A DNA stretch of 64,000 bases from Tagaea sp. (GTDB taxonomy: Bacteria; Pseudomonadota; Alphaproteobacteria; CACIAM-22H2), in contig CBDIIB010000004.1 of NCBI GenBank assembly GCA_965279525.1, positions 640,001 to 704,000 on the forward strand, in the 5' to 3' direction. Every line of letters begins with the position of its first letter. Within the stretch, counting starts at the first letter, position 1. The notes beneath the pieces were generated by a model. The model did not search any database and was not told the DNA's origin. It saw only the letters and a list, made by a program, of their open reading frames with translations. Below are positions 17,194 through 27,652 of the stretch, in pieces. Both the position numbers and the translations under genes were made by a program.

Positions 17194-18984
17194 ATGGCCG
17201 ACAAGCCGGATCGCGACGTGAAACTCCCCGACCCGGTCGAGATGTCGCGGATGATGACGCACATCGCCGAGCAGAGCCAGCATCTGGTTTCCGATTTCAT
17301 CTCCCGCCAGTCGCCCATGCAGTTCGGCAACCCCGACCCGCTCAATCTGGGGCAGGCCTTCTTCGACATGACCGCCCGCATGATGGCCAATCCGGCCAAG
17401 CTGATGCAGGCGCAGTTCTCGCTGTGGCAGGACTATATGGCGCTGTGGCAGTCGACCACGCGAAAGATGCTGGGCGAACCCTCCGAGCCCGTCGTGAGCC
17501 CGACGTCCGAGGACCGGCGGTTCAAGGACTCCCTGTGGGACGAGAACTACGTCTTCGACTTCATCAAGCAGTCGTACCTGCTGTCCGCGCGCTGGCTGCA
17601 GGGCACGGTCAAGGAAGTCGAAGGCCTCGACGACAAGACCGCGCGCAAGGTCGATTTCTATACCCGCCAGTTCGTCGACGCGATGGCGCCATCGAATTTC
17701 GCGATGACCAATCCGGAGGTGCTGCGCGAGACGCTGGAGACCGGCGGCGAGAATCTCGTCAAGGGCCTGTCGAACCTGCTGGGCGATCTCGAGCGCGGCA
17801 AGGGCAAGCTGCAGATCCGCATGACCGACATGGCGGCGTTCAAGGTCGGCGAGAACATCGCCGTCACGCCCGGTTCGGTCGTCTACCAGAACGACCTGAT
17901 GCAGCTCATCCAGTACGCGCCGACGACCGAGACGGTCGCCAAGGCGCCGCTGCTGATCGTGCCGCCCTGGATCAACAAGTTCTACATTCTCGACCTGCGC
18001 GAGAAGAACTCGTTCATCAAGTGGGCGGTCGGACAGGGCCACACCGTGTTCGTCGTGTCGTGGGTCAATCCGGACAGCGAACTCGCCGAGAAGAGTTTCG
18101 ACGATTACATGAGCGAAGGTCCGCTGGCCGCCCTCGACGCGATCGAAAAGGCCACGGGCGAGAAATCCGTGAACGTGATCGGCTACTGCCTCGGCGGCAC
18201 GCTGACGGCCTCCACCCTCGCCTACATGGCCGCCAAGGGCGACAAGCGCGTGCTGTCCGCGACGTTCTTCACGACGATGGTCGATTTCGAGGAAGCGGGC
18301 GAGCTTTCGGTCTTCATCGACGAGGAGCAGCTTGCCGCCCTCGAAGAGAAGATGCACCAGCGCGGCTACCTCGACGGCGCCGACATGGCGACGACTTTCA
18401 ACATGCTGCGCGCCAATGACCTGATCTGGTCGTTCGTCGTGAACAACTACCTGATGGGCAAGGAGCCGTTCCCGTTCGACCTGCTCTACTGGAATTCGGA
18501 CTCCACGCGCATGCCGGCGGCGATGCACTCGTTCTACCTGCGCCAGATGTACCAGGAGAACCGGCTGTCGCGCGGCAAGATCAAGCTGCTCGGCAGCAAG
18601 ATCGACCTCACCAAGATCAACGTTCCGGTCTTCATCCTGTCGACGCGCGAGGACCATATCGCGCCTTGGAAATCGACTTACATCGCGACTCAGCTCTATA
18701 CCGGGCCGACGACGTTCTGCCTCGCGGCGTCCGGGCACATCGCCGGCGTCGTCAATCCGCCGGCGTCGGGCAAGTACTGCCACTGGACGAACGACAAGCT
18801 GCCGCACAAGCCCGACCAGTGGCTCGAGACCGCGACCCAGCATGCCGGTTCGTGGTGGCCGCTTTGGGACAGCTGGGCGAAAAGCCATGCCGGCGAGCAG
18901 GTTCCCGCGCGCGTCCCGGGCGATGGCAAGCTCGCGGTCGTCGAGGCGGCACCGGGCAGTTACGTGAAAGTAAAAGCTCAGTAG
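17194..18984 (+). CDS. phaC: Class I poly(3-hydroxyalkanoate) synthase
   Basis: PPWINKFYILDL, lipase box GYCLGG, DLLYWNSD, EDHIAPW, SGHIAGVVNPP, GSWW. Confidence 0.97.
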   Translation: MADKPDRDVKLPDPVEMSRMMTHIAEQSQHLVSDFISRQSPMQFGNPDPLNLGQAFFDMTARMMANPAKLMQAQFSLWQDYMALWQSTTRKMLGEPSEPVVSPTSEDRRFKDSLWDENYVFDFIKQSYLLSARWLQGTVKEVEGLDDKTARKVDFYTRQFVDAMAPSNFAMTNPEVLRETLETGGENLVKGLSNLLGDLERGKGKLQIRMTDMAAFKVGENIAVTPGSVVYQNDLMQLIQYAPTTETVAKAPLLIVPPWINKFYILDLREKNSFIKWAVGQGHTVFVVSWVNPDSELAEKSFDDYMSEGPLAALDAIEKATGEKSVNVIGYCLGGTLTASTLAYMAAKGDKRVLSATFFTTMVDFEEAGELSVFIDEEQLAALEEKMHQRGYLDGADMATTFNMLRANDLIWSFVVNNYLMGKEPFPFDLLYWNSDSTRMPAAMHSFYLRQMYQENRLSRGKIKLLGSKIDLTKINVPVFILSTREDHIAPWKSTYIATQLYTGPTTFCLAASGHIAGVVNPPASGKYCHWTNDKLPHKPDQWLETATQHAGSWWPLWDSWAKSHAGEQVPARVPGDGKLAVVEAAPGSYVKVKAQ

Positions 18985-19045
18985 AATTTCACTACGTAAC
19001 TTGCTAGCGTTTCTTCCGTCGCGATATCAGTCGCGACAGTGAGCG

Positions 19046-19079
19046 ATGCCCCTGCCCCACCGGCAGGGGCATTTTCATT
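19046..19079 (+). terminator. Rho-independent terminator after phaC
   Basis: 11-bp stem atgcccctgcc-ccacc-ggcaggggcat followed by tttcatt. Confidence 0.75.
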
Positions 19080-19090
19080 CGGGGAAACGG

Positions 19091-21070
19091 ATGCGCAGTT
19101 TTTGGGCAGGCATAGGCGTTTCGGCCACACTGGCGCTGGGTTGTCTCGGCGTCGTGCCGGCGGCGCGCGCGCTGGCACCCGAGGACGCGCGCCATCTGCT
19201 CGTGCGCACGGGATTTGGCGCAACGCCGGCAGAGATCGCGGAACTCGCACCGCTTGACCGGGCCGCGTCCGTCGACCGCCTGCTCGCGCGCATGCAGCGC
19301 GAACCGTTGCTGCCGCGCCCGGCATTCCTTGCGCAGAACTGGCCGCCTTACCGCGACTTCCCGGCGATGCTGGAGGAGCAGCGCCAACCCTTCATCCAGG
19401 CGCGGCGCGACGAGCTGCAGCAGCTGAAGGGATGGTGGTACGCCGAGATGATCGCGACACCTGCGCCGCTGACCGAGCGGATGACGCTTTTCTGGCACAA
19501 CCACTTCGTCTCGGCATTCGAGGCTGTGGGCTACAACGTCCATCGCATGTGGGACCAGAACGCGCTGTTCCGCCGCGAGGCAGGCGGAAATTTCGCGAAG
19601 CTGCTCCATGCGATGCTCGCCGACCCGATCCTGCTGCGCTACCTCGACAACCAGACGAACCGCAAGGGTCGCCCGAACGAGAATCTCGCGCGCGAGCTGC
19701 TCGAGCTTTTCACGCTTGGCGAGGGCAACTACACCGAAACCGACATCAAGGAGATCGCGCGCGCCCTCACCGGCCGCACGATCGAGCGCACGACCGATTT
19801 CGGCTTCCGGTTCGTGCAGGCGATGCACGACGAAGGCGGCAAGAGCTTTCTCGGGTCCGTCGGCCTCAATGGCGACGACGTGGCGCGCGTCCTGCTCGCC
19901 CAGAAGCGCACCGCGCAGTTCGTCACCGAAAAGCTCTGGCGCGAGTTCGTCGACACGCGGCTGCCGGCCGGCGCCGAGATCGAACGCGTGGCTTCGGTCC
20001 TGCGCGATGCCGGCTACGAGATGAAGCCGGCCCTGCGGGCCCTGTTCCTGTCCGACGCGTTCTGGGCGCCGGCGAACCGCGGTGCGATCATCAAGTCGCC
20101 GGTGGCGCTGATCGTCGGCGTGCATCGCGATCTCGGGCTGCCGGTCGTCGATCTGGCCGCCCTGCCCGTACACGGGCGGCGCCTCGGCCAGGACCTGTTC
20201 GAACCGCCGAACGTCAAGGGCTGGCCCGGCGGCACGCTGTGGATCACGCCGGCAAGTCTCGTGGCCCGCTACGACGTGCTCGCGCGCCTGATCGCCAACC
20301 GCACGCTCGTCGCACCGCGACCCACACCGGGCCGCCGCGACATCGCGCTGCGCCTTGCCGCGGATGCTTGGCAGGGCGGTCCGCGCTTCGTGCTGCGCGT
20401 CAACGACAACCGCGTGGTCGCCACGCACGAGATCGATTTCGGCGTCGACACCGCACGTTTCGGCAACATGCCCGACCGGCTCGACTGGATCTGGCGCGTC
20501 GTGCGCTTTCCGGTCGAAGAACCGGTCTGGAAGGTATCGGTGGAGTTCGTAAATGATGCCGGCGCACCAGCCGATGCCAACGGCGTGCGGCGCGGCGACC
20601 GCAACATGTTCGTCGACTGGCTCGAAGTCGACGGCGAGAACTTCCGAGCACTCGACGGCCAGCAGGCGACGGCAAACCAGGCCTGCCGCACGTCCCGTCC
20701 CGGCGACCTCTATTGCAACGGCACGCTCACGTTCGACATCGCGAAGATGAAGGCCGACGGCAAGGCACGCCCGCGCGCCGCAACCGAAGACATGATGGCG
20801 ATGCCTGTCGCCGCGACCGTCAACGGGATGGGCATGGGGATGATGGCGCCGACACCTGCGCCTGCCATGAACCCGCCGGCACCGGAAGTCGCCCGCGCCG
20901 TGCATCTCGACGCCGACTCGTGGCTGGCAACGCTGCCGACAGCCTGGCGCCGGCCGGACACGATGTGGCGTGCGCTCGCACCCGTCGTACCGGTCGCGGA
21001 TTCGGTCCGACCCGATGCCGAGGCGTCGATGCGGGCTATCCTGTTCGACCCCGTCTACCAGTTGATGTGA
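19091..21070 (+). CDS. DUF1800-family exported protein with inserted CBM60-like domain
   Basis: Signal peptide; [28 protein letters not shown]...[30 protein letters not shown], terminal DPVYQLM; insert with [10 protein letters not shown]...FVND...[13 protein letters not shown]. Confidence 0.85.
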   Translation: MRSFWAGIGVSATLALGCLGVVPAARALAPEDARHLLVRTGFGATPAEIAELAPLDRAASVDRLLARMQREPLLPRPAFLAQNWPPYRDFPAMLEEQRQPFIQARRDELQQLKGWWYAEMIATPAPLTERMTLFWHNHFVSAFEAVGYNVHRMWDQNALFRREAGGNFAKLLHAMLADPILLRYLDNQTNRKGRPNENLARELLELFTLGEGNYTETDIKEIARALTGRTIERTTDFGFRFVQAMHDEGGKSFLGSVGLNGDDVARVLLAQKRTAQFVTEKLWREFVDTRLPAGAEIERVASVLRDAGYEMKPALRALFLSDAFWAPANRGAIIKSPVALIVGVHRDLGLPVVDLAALPVHGRRLGQDLFEPPNVKGWPGGTLWITPASLVARYDVLARLIANRTLVAPRPTPGRRDIALRLAADAWQGGPRFVLRVNDNRVVATHEIDFGVDTARFGNMPDRLDWIWRVVRFPVEEPVWKVSVEFVNDAGAPADANGVRRGDRNMFVDWLEVDGENFRALDGQQATANQACRTSRPGDLYCNGTLTFDIAKMKADGKARPRAATEDMMAMPVAATVNGMGMGMMAPTPAPAMNPPAPEVARAVHLDADSWLATLPTAWRRPDTMWRALAPVVPVADSVRPDAEASMRAILFDPVYQLM

Positions 21071-21081
21071 GGCAGCACCGC

Positions 21082-22368
21082 ATGGACCGTCGCCGATTTC
21101 TGTCCGCCGCCTCGAGCCTCGCCGTTGCCGGCATGCTGCCGGCCTGCGCCGGACAGGGAACGGCGCCCGCGACCGGTGCGCCGGCGCCGCTGGCCGCCCG
21201 TGCCGGCGTGGCCCGCTCGGGTGGCCTTCCCGGTCCGGTCGGCCAGCGCATCCTCGTGCTGGTCGAACTGCAGGGCGGCAACGACGGACTCAACACGATC
21301 ATTCCCTACGCGCACCCGCTCTATCGCCGGCTGCGGCCGGGCCTTGCCATCGATGCCGCGGAAATCCGCAACCTGACGGCCGACCAGGGCTTCCATCCCG
21401 CCCTCGACCAGCTGCTCGATCCGTTCGAACGCGGCGAACTGGCTATCGTGAACTCGGTCGGCTATCCGAAGCCCAACCGCTCGCATTTCCGCTCGATCGA
21501 GATCTGGGAACAGGCAACCGCCAGCGACCAGTATGCGAACGAGGGCTGGATCACCCATGCGCTGACCGAGCATCCAGTCTTCGGGAAGCGCACGGCCGAT
21601 GCCGATGGCATCGTCGTGGGCACCGGGAACATCGGCCCGCTCGCGGGGCCCGGCACGCGGCTCGTGAACATGCGCGAGCCGCGCCAGTTCCTGGCACAGA
21701 GCGAATCGATGGCGGCTCTTGCCGCACGCGCGCGCGTGCCCGACGCGCTGGGCCATCTCGTGCGCACGCAGAACGAGGCCGTGTCGGCGGCCGACGCGGT
21801 CAAGCGCAAGCTGACAGGGCGGGACCGGTTCCCGCGCCGCTTCGCCGGCGATCCGCTCGCCCGCAGCCTCTCGGTCGCGGCAAACCTGATCGCCGACGGC
21901 GTGGATGTCCCGGTCTGGAAGGTGACGCTCGGCGGCTTCGACACGCATGCCGACCAGCGCCAGCGCCACGCCCGCCTGCTCGGCAACCTCGCCGGCGCGC
22001 TTGCCGCATTCCGGGGCGCGATGACCGATCTCGGCCGCTGGAACGACACGCTCGTCGTCACATACTCGGAGTTCGGACGGCGTGCGGGGGAAAACCTGTC
22101 GCGCGGGACCGATCACGGCACGGCGGCACCGCTGCTGGCGCTCGGCGGTTCGGTGCAGGGCGGCTTCCGGGGCGGCGCTCCGGATCTCGGCGATCTCGAC
22201 CAGGGCGACATCAAGGCCAAGATCGATTTCCGCCAGATCTATGCCGGCATCGTCGCCGACTGGTGGAACCAGCCCGACAACTTCCTCGTGAAGCAGGGGC
22301 ATTCGCCCGTGCCGCTGCTGCGGCGGGCCGTCGCAAACTCTGGTGCGGCGCAACATTTACCCCTATAA
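21082..22368 (+). CDS. DUF1501-family Tat-exported protein
   Basis: Twin-arginine MDRRRFL; [26 protein letters not shown]...GTDHG, DFRQIYA. Confidence 0.88.
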   Translation: MDRRRFLSAASSLAVAGMLPACAGQGTAPATGAPAPLAARAGVARSGGLPGPVGQRILVLVELQGGNDGLNTIIPYAHPLYRRLRPGLAIDAAEIRNLTADQGFHPALDQLLDPFERGELAIVNSVGYPKPNRSHFRSIEIWEQATASDQYANEGWITHALTEHPVFGKRTADADGIVVGTGNIGPLAGPGTRLVNMREPRQFLAQSESMAALAARARVPDALGHLVRTQNEAVSAADAVKRKLTGRDRFPRRFAGDPLARSLSVAANLIADGVDVPVWKVTLGGFDTHADQRQRHARLLGNLAGALAAFRGAMTDLGRWNDTLVVTYSEFGRRAGENLSRGTDHGTAAPLLALGGSVQGGFRGGAPDLGDLDQGDIKAKIDFRQIYAGIVADWWNQPDNFLVKQGHSPVPLLRRAVANSGAAQHLPL

Positions 22369-22403
22369 TCCTGCTCCCGATTTTTGAAGAGGAGTGCGGG
22401 ACT

Positions 22404-23432
22404 ATGAACGACGTACGCGGCCATTCGGTCGCCGTCGTCGGCGCCACCGGCGCCGTCGGCATCGAGATGGTGAAGGTGCTTCACGACCGGCGTTTCCCGG
22501 TCGCGGAGCTGAAGCTGTTCGCTTCCGCCCGCTCCGCGTCGAAAAAAGTCACGACTCCGTACGGCGAAAAGACGATCGAGGAGTTCAAGCCGGAGGCCCT
22601 GAAGGGCATCGACTTCGTGCTGATGGCCGTGTCCGGCGATTTCGCCAAGGCGCACGCGCCCACGCTCGCCAAGCAGGGTTCGATCGTCATCGACAACTCG
22701 TCGGCCTTCCGCTACGAGCCGGAAATCCCGCTGGTCGTGCCGGAAATCAACGCGGCTGCCGCGCGCGGCCACAACCTGATCGCCAACCCGAACTGCACGA
22801 CCGCCGTGCTGGTCATGGCGCTGTGGCCGCTCCATCAGGCGTTCGGCCTGAAGCGCGTCATCGTGTCGTCCTACCAGGCGGCATCGGGTGCCGGCGCCGA
22901 AGGCATGGCCGAGCTCGAGGACGAGACGCGCAAGTGGGCCGGCGGCGGCAAGGCCGGCAATAAGGTGTTCGTCCACCCCCTCGCCTTCAACGTGATCCCG
23001 CACATCGATGTCTTCCAGCCCAACGGCTACACGAAGGAAGAGATGAAGGTCACGTGGGAGAGCCGCAAGATCATGGGCCTGCCCGACCTGAAGGCGAGCT
23101 GCACGGCCGTGCGCGTGCCCACGCTGCGCGCGCACGCCGAAGCGGTGACGATCGAGACCGAGAAGCCGGTGACGCCGGCGGCAGCCCGCGAGGCGCTGCG
23201 GCGCGCACCGGGCGTCGTCGTCGTCGACGATCCGGCCGCCAATCTCTATCCGATGCCGATCACGGCCTCGGGCAAATACGACATCGAGGTCGGCCGCATC
23301 CGCGAGAGCCTCGTGTTCGGGCCCAACGGTCTCGACTTCTTCTGCGTGGGCGACCAGCTCCTGAAGGGTGCGGCTCTCAACGCGGTTCAGATCGCCGAGT
23401 GCGTGCTCCCGGGCCTGCGCAAGGCGGCATGA
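22404..23432 (+). CDS. asd: Aspartate-semialdehyde dehydrogenase
   Basis: [22 protein letters not shown] (catalytic Cys), [33 protein letters not shown]; GAGGAG RBS. Confidence 0.95.
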   Translation: MNDVRGHSVAVVGATGAVGIEMVKVLHDRRFPVAELKLFASARSASKKVTTPYGEKTIEEFKPEALKGIDFVLMAVSGDFAKAHAPTLAKQGSIVIDNSSAFRYEPEIPLVVPEINAAAARGHNLIANPNCTTAVLVMALWPLHQAFGLKRVIVSSYQAASGAGAEGMAELEDETRKWAGGGKAGNKVFVHPLAFNVIPHIDVFQPNGYTKEEMKVTWESRKIMGLPDLKASCTAVRVPTLRAHAEAVTIETEKPVTPAAAREALRRAPGVVVVDDPAANLYPMPITASGKYDIEVGRIRESLVFGPNGLDFFCVGDQLLKGAALNAVQIAECVLPGLRKAA

Positions 23433-23917
23433 AACGGCTTCGCGCCCTCGCTTTCCTGGCATGCCTGCATGCCGGGACGGCGGGGGCGCAGGTCGTACCA
23501 CCTGTCACCGTCGATCTCGCCGACGCGCTTTCCCGCATCAAGGCGGATGTCGCAACGCAGCTGATCGCGCGCCAGTTCGGCGATGCCTATGTCCGCGACT
23601 GGTGGGCAGCGAGCGAAGCCGTTCTGGCCGACGCCGTCCGGCTCGCGACATATCTTGGCGAACAGGGGCCGGCCTGTCAGGCGATCCGCGAGCGCGAAGG
23701 TGACAAGTCGGCTGCCTGGGCGACCTGCACGCTCGGGCTCGAAGAGTCGGGCAAGCTGCTTTCCGCCGGCCTCAGCCAGATCGCGACGATACTTCCCGAC
23801 TGGGAGCGCATGGCCCGGCAGATCGACGGTGCCAACGCGACGGTCACCCCGCTCGTCGATCGGGCGCTTGCTGCCGTCGCTCAAGCCGACAAACTCCTGA
23901 GCGAAAAGCGCTATTGA
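23429..23917 (+). CDS. Hypothetical secreted alpha-helical protein
   Basis: [20 protein letters not shown] signal peptide; ATGA overlap with asd stop; no motif recognised. Confidence 0.65.
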   Translation: MKRLRALAFLACLHAGTAGAQVVPPVTVDLADALSRIKADVATQLIARQFGDAYVRDWWAASEAVLADAVRLATYLGEQGPACQAIREREGDKSAAWATCTLGLEESGKLLSAGLSQIATILPDWERMARQIDGANATVTPLVDRALAAVAQADKLLSEKRY

Positions 23918-24070
23918 CGATCCCGCCTGAAGTCGGCGCCGTCGAAGCGGGTGCGGGATAGGTAGTTTCCGACGCTGTCTTGGCCGATGCGAATTCGCCA
24001 TGGTGCCGGCATGGCGGGGCATGATCGCTCCGGCGAGATCGTTTGATCGCGGCACCGAAGGCAGTCGGGA

Positions 24071-25189
24071 ATGAATGCGGATGAAGAAATGAAGTCGGAA
24101 GAGACGACGCAGGACCGCGTCGAATCGCTCCTCGCCACGCCGGATCTTGCCAGCGCTCTCGAAAGCGAGCAGTTCCGGCTGTTTCTCGATCAGATACCGA
24201 TCGCGATCATTGTCTCGGAAGTGAAGAAGTCCGAGCGCATCGTCTATGCCAACCCGGAATTCGAGCGGCTTTCCGGGCAACTGATGGGCGAAATCGAGGG
24301 AAAAGGCTGGAGTTCCCTACGCGGACAAGGCGAAGGCACCGACGCGGAATTGAAACTTGGTGACGCGATCGTCGAACTTCGCGACCGGGTCGGGACATTC
24401 CGGATCGAGCGGAGCGAAGGCGAACCGGCCATCGTCGACGCCTACTCCAACCTCATCGAGGACGATGCCGGCGTCCCTGCATTCCGGCTTGCAGCACTGG
24501 TCGATGTCGGCGCGCACGGGCACGAGGAACGCCGCGATCTCGAACAGCGCATCCGGGAAAAGGACACGCTGCTTCTCGAGTTCCAGCATCGGGTCAAAAA
24601 CAACCTGCAGATGATCACGGCGCTGATCCGGATCGAGGCGCGCAATGCCGAAGGACGGATCGGCACGTCGCCATTCGACCGGCTGGCCGGACGGATCGAG
24701 TCGATCCAGCTCATCTACAAGATGCTGTCGGATCACGGCAAAGGCGACGAAGTCGACCTCGGCGTCTATCTGAGCGACATCGTCTCGTCGGTGATGCACG
24801 CGCATGCCGTGGAAGGCATACGACTGGACCTGAAAGTGGATTCCTATCCCGTTTCGGTGAACGTCGCGTTGCCGACGGGGCTGGTGGTCAACGAACTCCT
24901 GACCAATTCCCTCAAATACGCGTTTGCCGGCCGAAGCGGCGGCACGATCACCCTGCACAGCCTTGTCGATCGAAACGGTTGCCGCGTCGAGATTTCCGAC
25001 GATGGCGTCGGACTTCCGGCCGGCGTCGAGTGGCCCAAGCGCGGAAAACTCGGCGCGCTGATCGTCCGGTCGCTGCGGGAAAACGCGAAGGCCGACATCC
25101 GGGTCGATTCGAGCCCGGGGATGGGCATGCGGGTCACCATCATCTACACCCGGAAGGCCTCCGCGCCGGAAGAAGCGGGGCAATCATGA
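24071..25189 (+). CDS. PAS-domain sensor histidine kinase, HisKA_2 (HWE-related) type
   Basis: IVYANPEFERLSG PAS; EFQHRVKNNLQ H-box; NELLTNSLKYAF N-box; DDGVG G1 box. Confidence 0.9.
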   Translation: MNADEEMKSEETTQDRVESLLATPDLASALESEQFRLFLDQIPIAIIVSEVKKSERIVYANPEFERLSGQLMGEIEGKGWSSLRGQGEGTDAELKLGDAIVELRDRVGTFRIERSEGEPAIVDAYSNLIEDDAGVPAFRLAALVDVGAHGHEERRDLEQRIREKDTLLLEFQHRVKNNLQMITALIRIEARNAEGRIGTSPFDRLAGRIESIQLIYKMLSDHGKGDEVDLGVYLSDIVSSVMHAHAVEGIRLDLKVDSYPVSVNVALPTGLVVNELLTNSLKYAFAGRSGGTITLHSLVDRNGCRVEISDDGVGLPAGVEWPKRGKLGALIVRSLRENAKADIRVDSSPGMGMRVTIIYTRKASAPEEAGQS

Positions 25190-25575
25190 CCATGGGCACG
25201 CTCGATGGCCTGCGCATCCTTCTTGCGGAAGACGATCCGATGATCCTGTTCGCGCTGGAAGCGACCGTCGAAGACTTCGGCTGCACGGTGGCGGGCACCG
25301 CCATGCAGGTAAGCGATGCGCTTGCATTCATCGCGACGAATACCGTCGATGTCGCGATCGTCGACGCGACGCTCGCGGACGGGAATTGCGACCCCCTCGT
25401 CGCGGCACTCGCGGCCCGGGGGATACCGGTCGTCCTGGCGACCGGTGCGTCCTCGTCCGCGCATGCTCAAGGCCCTAACGGCGCAATTTTTCTGCAGAAG
25501 CCCTTTACGGACCGGGATCTGCACAAGGCGCTGACCGCCGCCGGCGAGAGAAGCAAGGTTCGCGGAAATACCTGA
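25186..25575 (+). CDS. Single-domain response regulator (receiver only)
   Basis: ILLAEDD, VAIVD, VLATG, LQKPF; ATGA overlap with the kinase. Confidence 0.88.
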   Translation: MTMGTLDGLRILLAEDDPMILFALEATVEDFGCTVAGTAMQVSDALAFIATNTVDVAIVDATLADGNCDPLVAALAARGIPVVLATGASSSAHAQGPNGAIFLQKPFTDRDLHKALTAAGERSKVRGNT

Positions 25576-25608
25576 CGGGATTGCATCGATCCCGCGGCGT
25601 CAGCCGGA

Positions 25609-26124
25609 CTAGCGAATGCCCAGATACTCGTCCGCCAGGTCGGCATAGCGCCGGGCGGCATCGGCAAAGCCGGCAAATTCCTCGGGCGTCACGGGGCGCA
25701 TCAGCTTGGCGGGGCTGCCCGCCCACATCTCGCCCCTCTTGACGCGCTTGCCGGGCGTGACCAATGCGCCCGCCGCGACCACGGCACCGCTTTCGACGAC
25801 GGCACCATCCATAACGCACGCCTTCATGCCGATGAAGGCGCCATCCTCGATGATGCATCCATGCAGCAGCGCCAGATGCCCGACGGTGACGCGCGCGCCG
25901 ATATACGTGCCGAACTTGCCCTTCGAGCAGTGGATGACCGAGCCGTCCTGGATGTTCGTTTCCGCACCGATGCGGATCTCGTGCACGTCGCCGCGCACGG
26001 TCACGCCGTACCAGATGCCGCAGCGCGCACCGATCTCGACATTGCCGATGATCGCGGCATTGTCGGCGACGAAAGCGGACGGATCGATCTTCGGCGTCCA
26101 GTCGCGATAGCGGCGGACAATCAC
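25609..26124 (-). CDS. Gamma-class carbonic anhydrase family protein
   Basis: Hexapeptide repeats, RGDV, TNIQDGSVIH, VTVGHLALLHGC; GTG start overlapping the argC stop. Confidence 0.92.
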   Translation of the reverse strand: MIVRRYRDWTPKIDPSAFVADNAAIIGNVEIGARCGIWYGVTVRGDVHEIRIGAETNIQDGSVIHCSKGKFGTYIGARVTVGHLALLHGCIIEDGAFIGMKACVMDGAVVESGAVVAAGALVTPGKRVKRGEMWAGSPAKLMRPVTPEEFAGFADAARRYADLADEYLGIR

Positions 26125-27053
26125 GCGAGGCCGAGCATCAACGAGATGTTCTGCACGGCCGCACCCGAAGCACCCTTGCCGAGATTGTCGAGGCGCGCCA
26201 CCAGCACGGCCTGCCGGTACTTCTCGTTGGCGAAGACGCGCAGTTCCATCCGGTCGGTCCCGTTGAGCGCCTGCGGCTCGAGCTTGCCCGACGTCTCCGG
26301 CGCCGTGACGGACACGAGCTTGCTGCCGGCATAGCGCTTCTCGAGAATTTCCTGCAGGTCTGCCGCCTTGGGCTTGCCCGGAAGCGCGTCGAGATGCAGC
26401 GGCACGCTGACGAGCATTCCCTGCCGGAAATCGCCGACGGACGGCACGAAGATCGGCCGGCGCGTCAGCTTCGAATAGAGCTGCAGTTCCGGCAGGTGCT
26501 TGTGCTCGAGACCCAGGCCATAAAGTTCGAAATCGGGTGCGGTGCGCGCCTCGTACTCGGCGATCATCGACTTGCCGCCACCCGTATAGCCGCTGACGGC
26601 GTTGACCGTCACCGGCCAGTCGGCCGGCAGCACGCCCGCGTCGACGAGCGGCCGGATCAGCGCGATGCCACCGGTGGGGTAGCAGCCCGGATTGGCCACG
26701 CGCGTGGCGTTGCGCACGGCAGCCGCCTGATCGGACGTCATCTCGGGGAAGCCATAGGTCCAGTCGGGCGCCACCCGATGTGCGGTACTGGCATCGACGA
26801 TCTTGGGCGACTTCGCACCCAGCGTATCGGCGAGCGCGACCGATTCCTTCGCCGCGGCATCGGGCAGGCACAGCACGACAAGGTCGACCGACGCCATGAT
26901 CTCGCGACGCGCTTCGGGATCCTTGCGGCGCTCGGGCGCGATCGAGCGCACGGCCACGCCGGACAAGCCGGCAAGGCGCTGCGCGATGCCAAGACCGGTC
27001 GTGCCGGCTTCGCCGTCGATGAAGATCGTGCGGGTCAAGGTTGCGCTGTCCAT
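26121..27053 (-). CDS. argC: N-acetyl-gamma-glutamyl-phosphate reductase, type 2
   Basis: FIDGEAGTTGL, DASTAHR, ANPGCYPTG, SGYTGGG, DNLGKGASGAAVQN. Confidence 0.95.
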   Translation of the reverse strand: MDSATLTRTIFIDGEAGTTGLGIAQRLAGLSGVAVRSIAPERRKDPEARREIMASVDLVVLCLPDAAAKESVALADTLGAKSPKIVDASTAHRVAPDWTYGFPEMTSDQAAAVRNATRVANPGCYPTGGIALIRPLVDAGVLPADWPVTVNAVSGYTGGGKSMIAEYEARTAPDFELYGLGLEHKHLPELQLYSKLTRRPIFVPSVGDFRQGMLVSVPLHLDALPGKPKAADLQEILEKRYAGSKLVSVTAPETSGKLEPQALNGTDRMELRVFANEKYRQAVLVARLDNLGKGASGAAVQNISLMLGLA

Positions 27054-27081
27054 CGAAGTCACTCCTCGAATCCAGAATACA

Positions 27082-27567
27082 TCAAAGTGCGATGCGGTAG
27101 AACCGCGTATCGGGCTTCATCCGGGGGAACGCGGCCGGCAGATCGGCTTCGGCGACGAGGTCGAAGCCGTTCTTCTCGTAGAACCGGTGGGCCGCCTTGA
27201 AGTGCGCGGTCGTCCCGAGCCATACGATGGTCATCCCGTGCGCCCGGGAATGCTCAAGCAGTGTGTCGAGCAGGCGTTGGGCGACACCCTGTGCCGCACC
27301 CCGGAAGTCGGCGCGCACGAACATCTTGCGCAACGCTCCCTCGCCCGGCGCGAACTCGACAAGGCCGATCGTGCCGACGACGGCGCCGTCCGCGGCACGC
27401 GCGACCCAGAATTCGCCTGCACCCTTGCGGAAGAACGCGGCCGGATCCTGCAGATCGGGCTGCTGCGCATAGGTGATCGGCACCCCGAACTCGCGGTTCT
27501 GGATGTCGACGACCATCGCCGCCATCGGGGCGTGATCCTGCGGTTCAAAGATCGAGACTTCGACCAT
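27082..27567 (-). CDS. GNAT-family N-acetyltransferase
   Basis: ALRKMFVRADFRG..GVAQRLL, AHRFYEKNGF. Confidence 0.88.
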   Translation of the reverse strand: MVEVSIFEPQDHAPMAAMVVDIQNREFGVPITYAQQPDLQDPAAFFRKGAGEFWVARAADGAVVGTIGLVEFAPGEGALRKMFVRADFRGAAQGVAQRLLDTLLEHSRAHGMTIVWLGTTAHFKAAHRFYEKNGFDLVAEADLPAAFPRMKPDTRFYRIAL

Positions 27568-27579
27568 TGCGAGACCCCT

Positions 27580-27613
27580 GAAACAAGAAGGGCGCCGGTG
27601 AGGGCGCCCTTCT
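27580..27613 (-). terminator. Terminator of the rplM-rpsI operon
   Basis: Stem agaagggcgcc / ggcgcccttct (27586-27613) followed by tgttt on the minus strand. Confidence 0.7.
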
Positions 27614-27652
27614 CCACTCCGGTCCGCCCGGAGGCGGAATTGGGAGTTTCGG

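Noticed and set aside
24230-24330. LOV photoreceptor domain in the kinase
   Set aside because: The GxNCRFLQ motif and photoactive Cys are absent (GKGWSSLRG).
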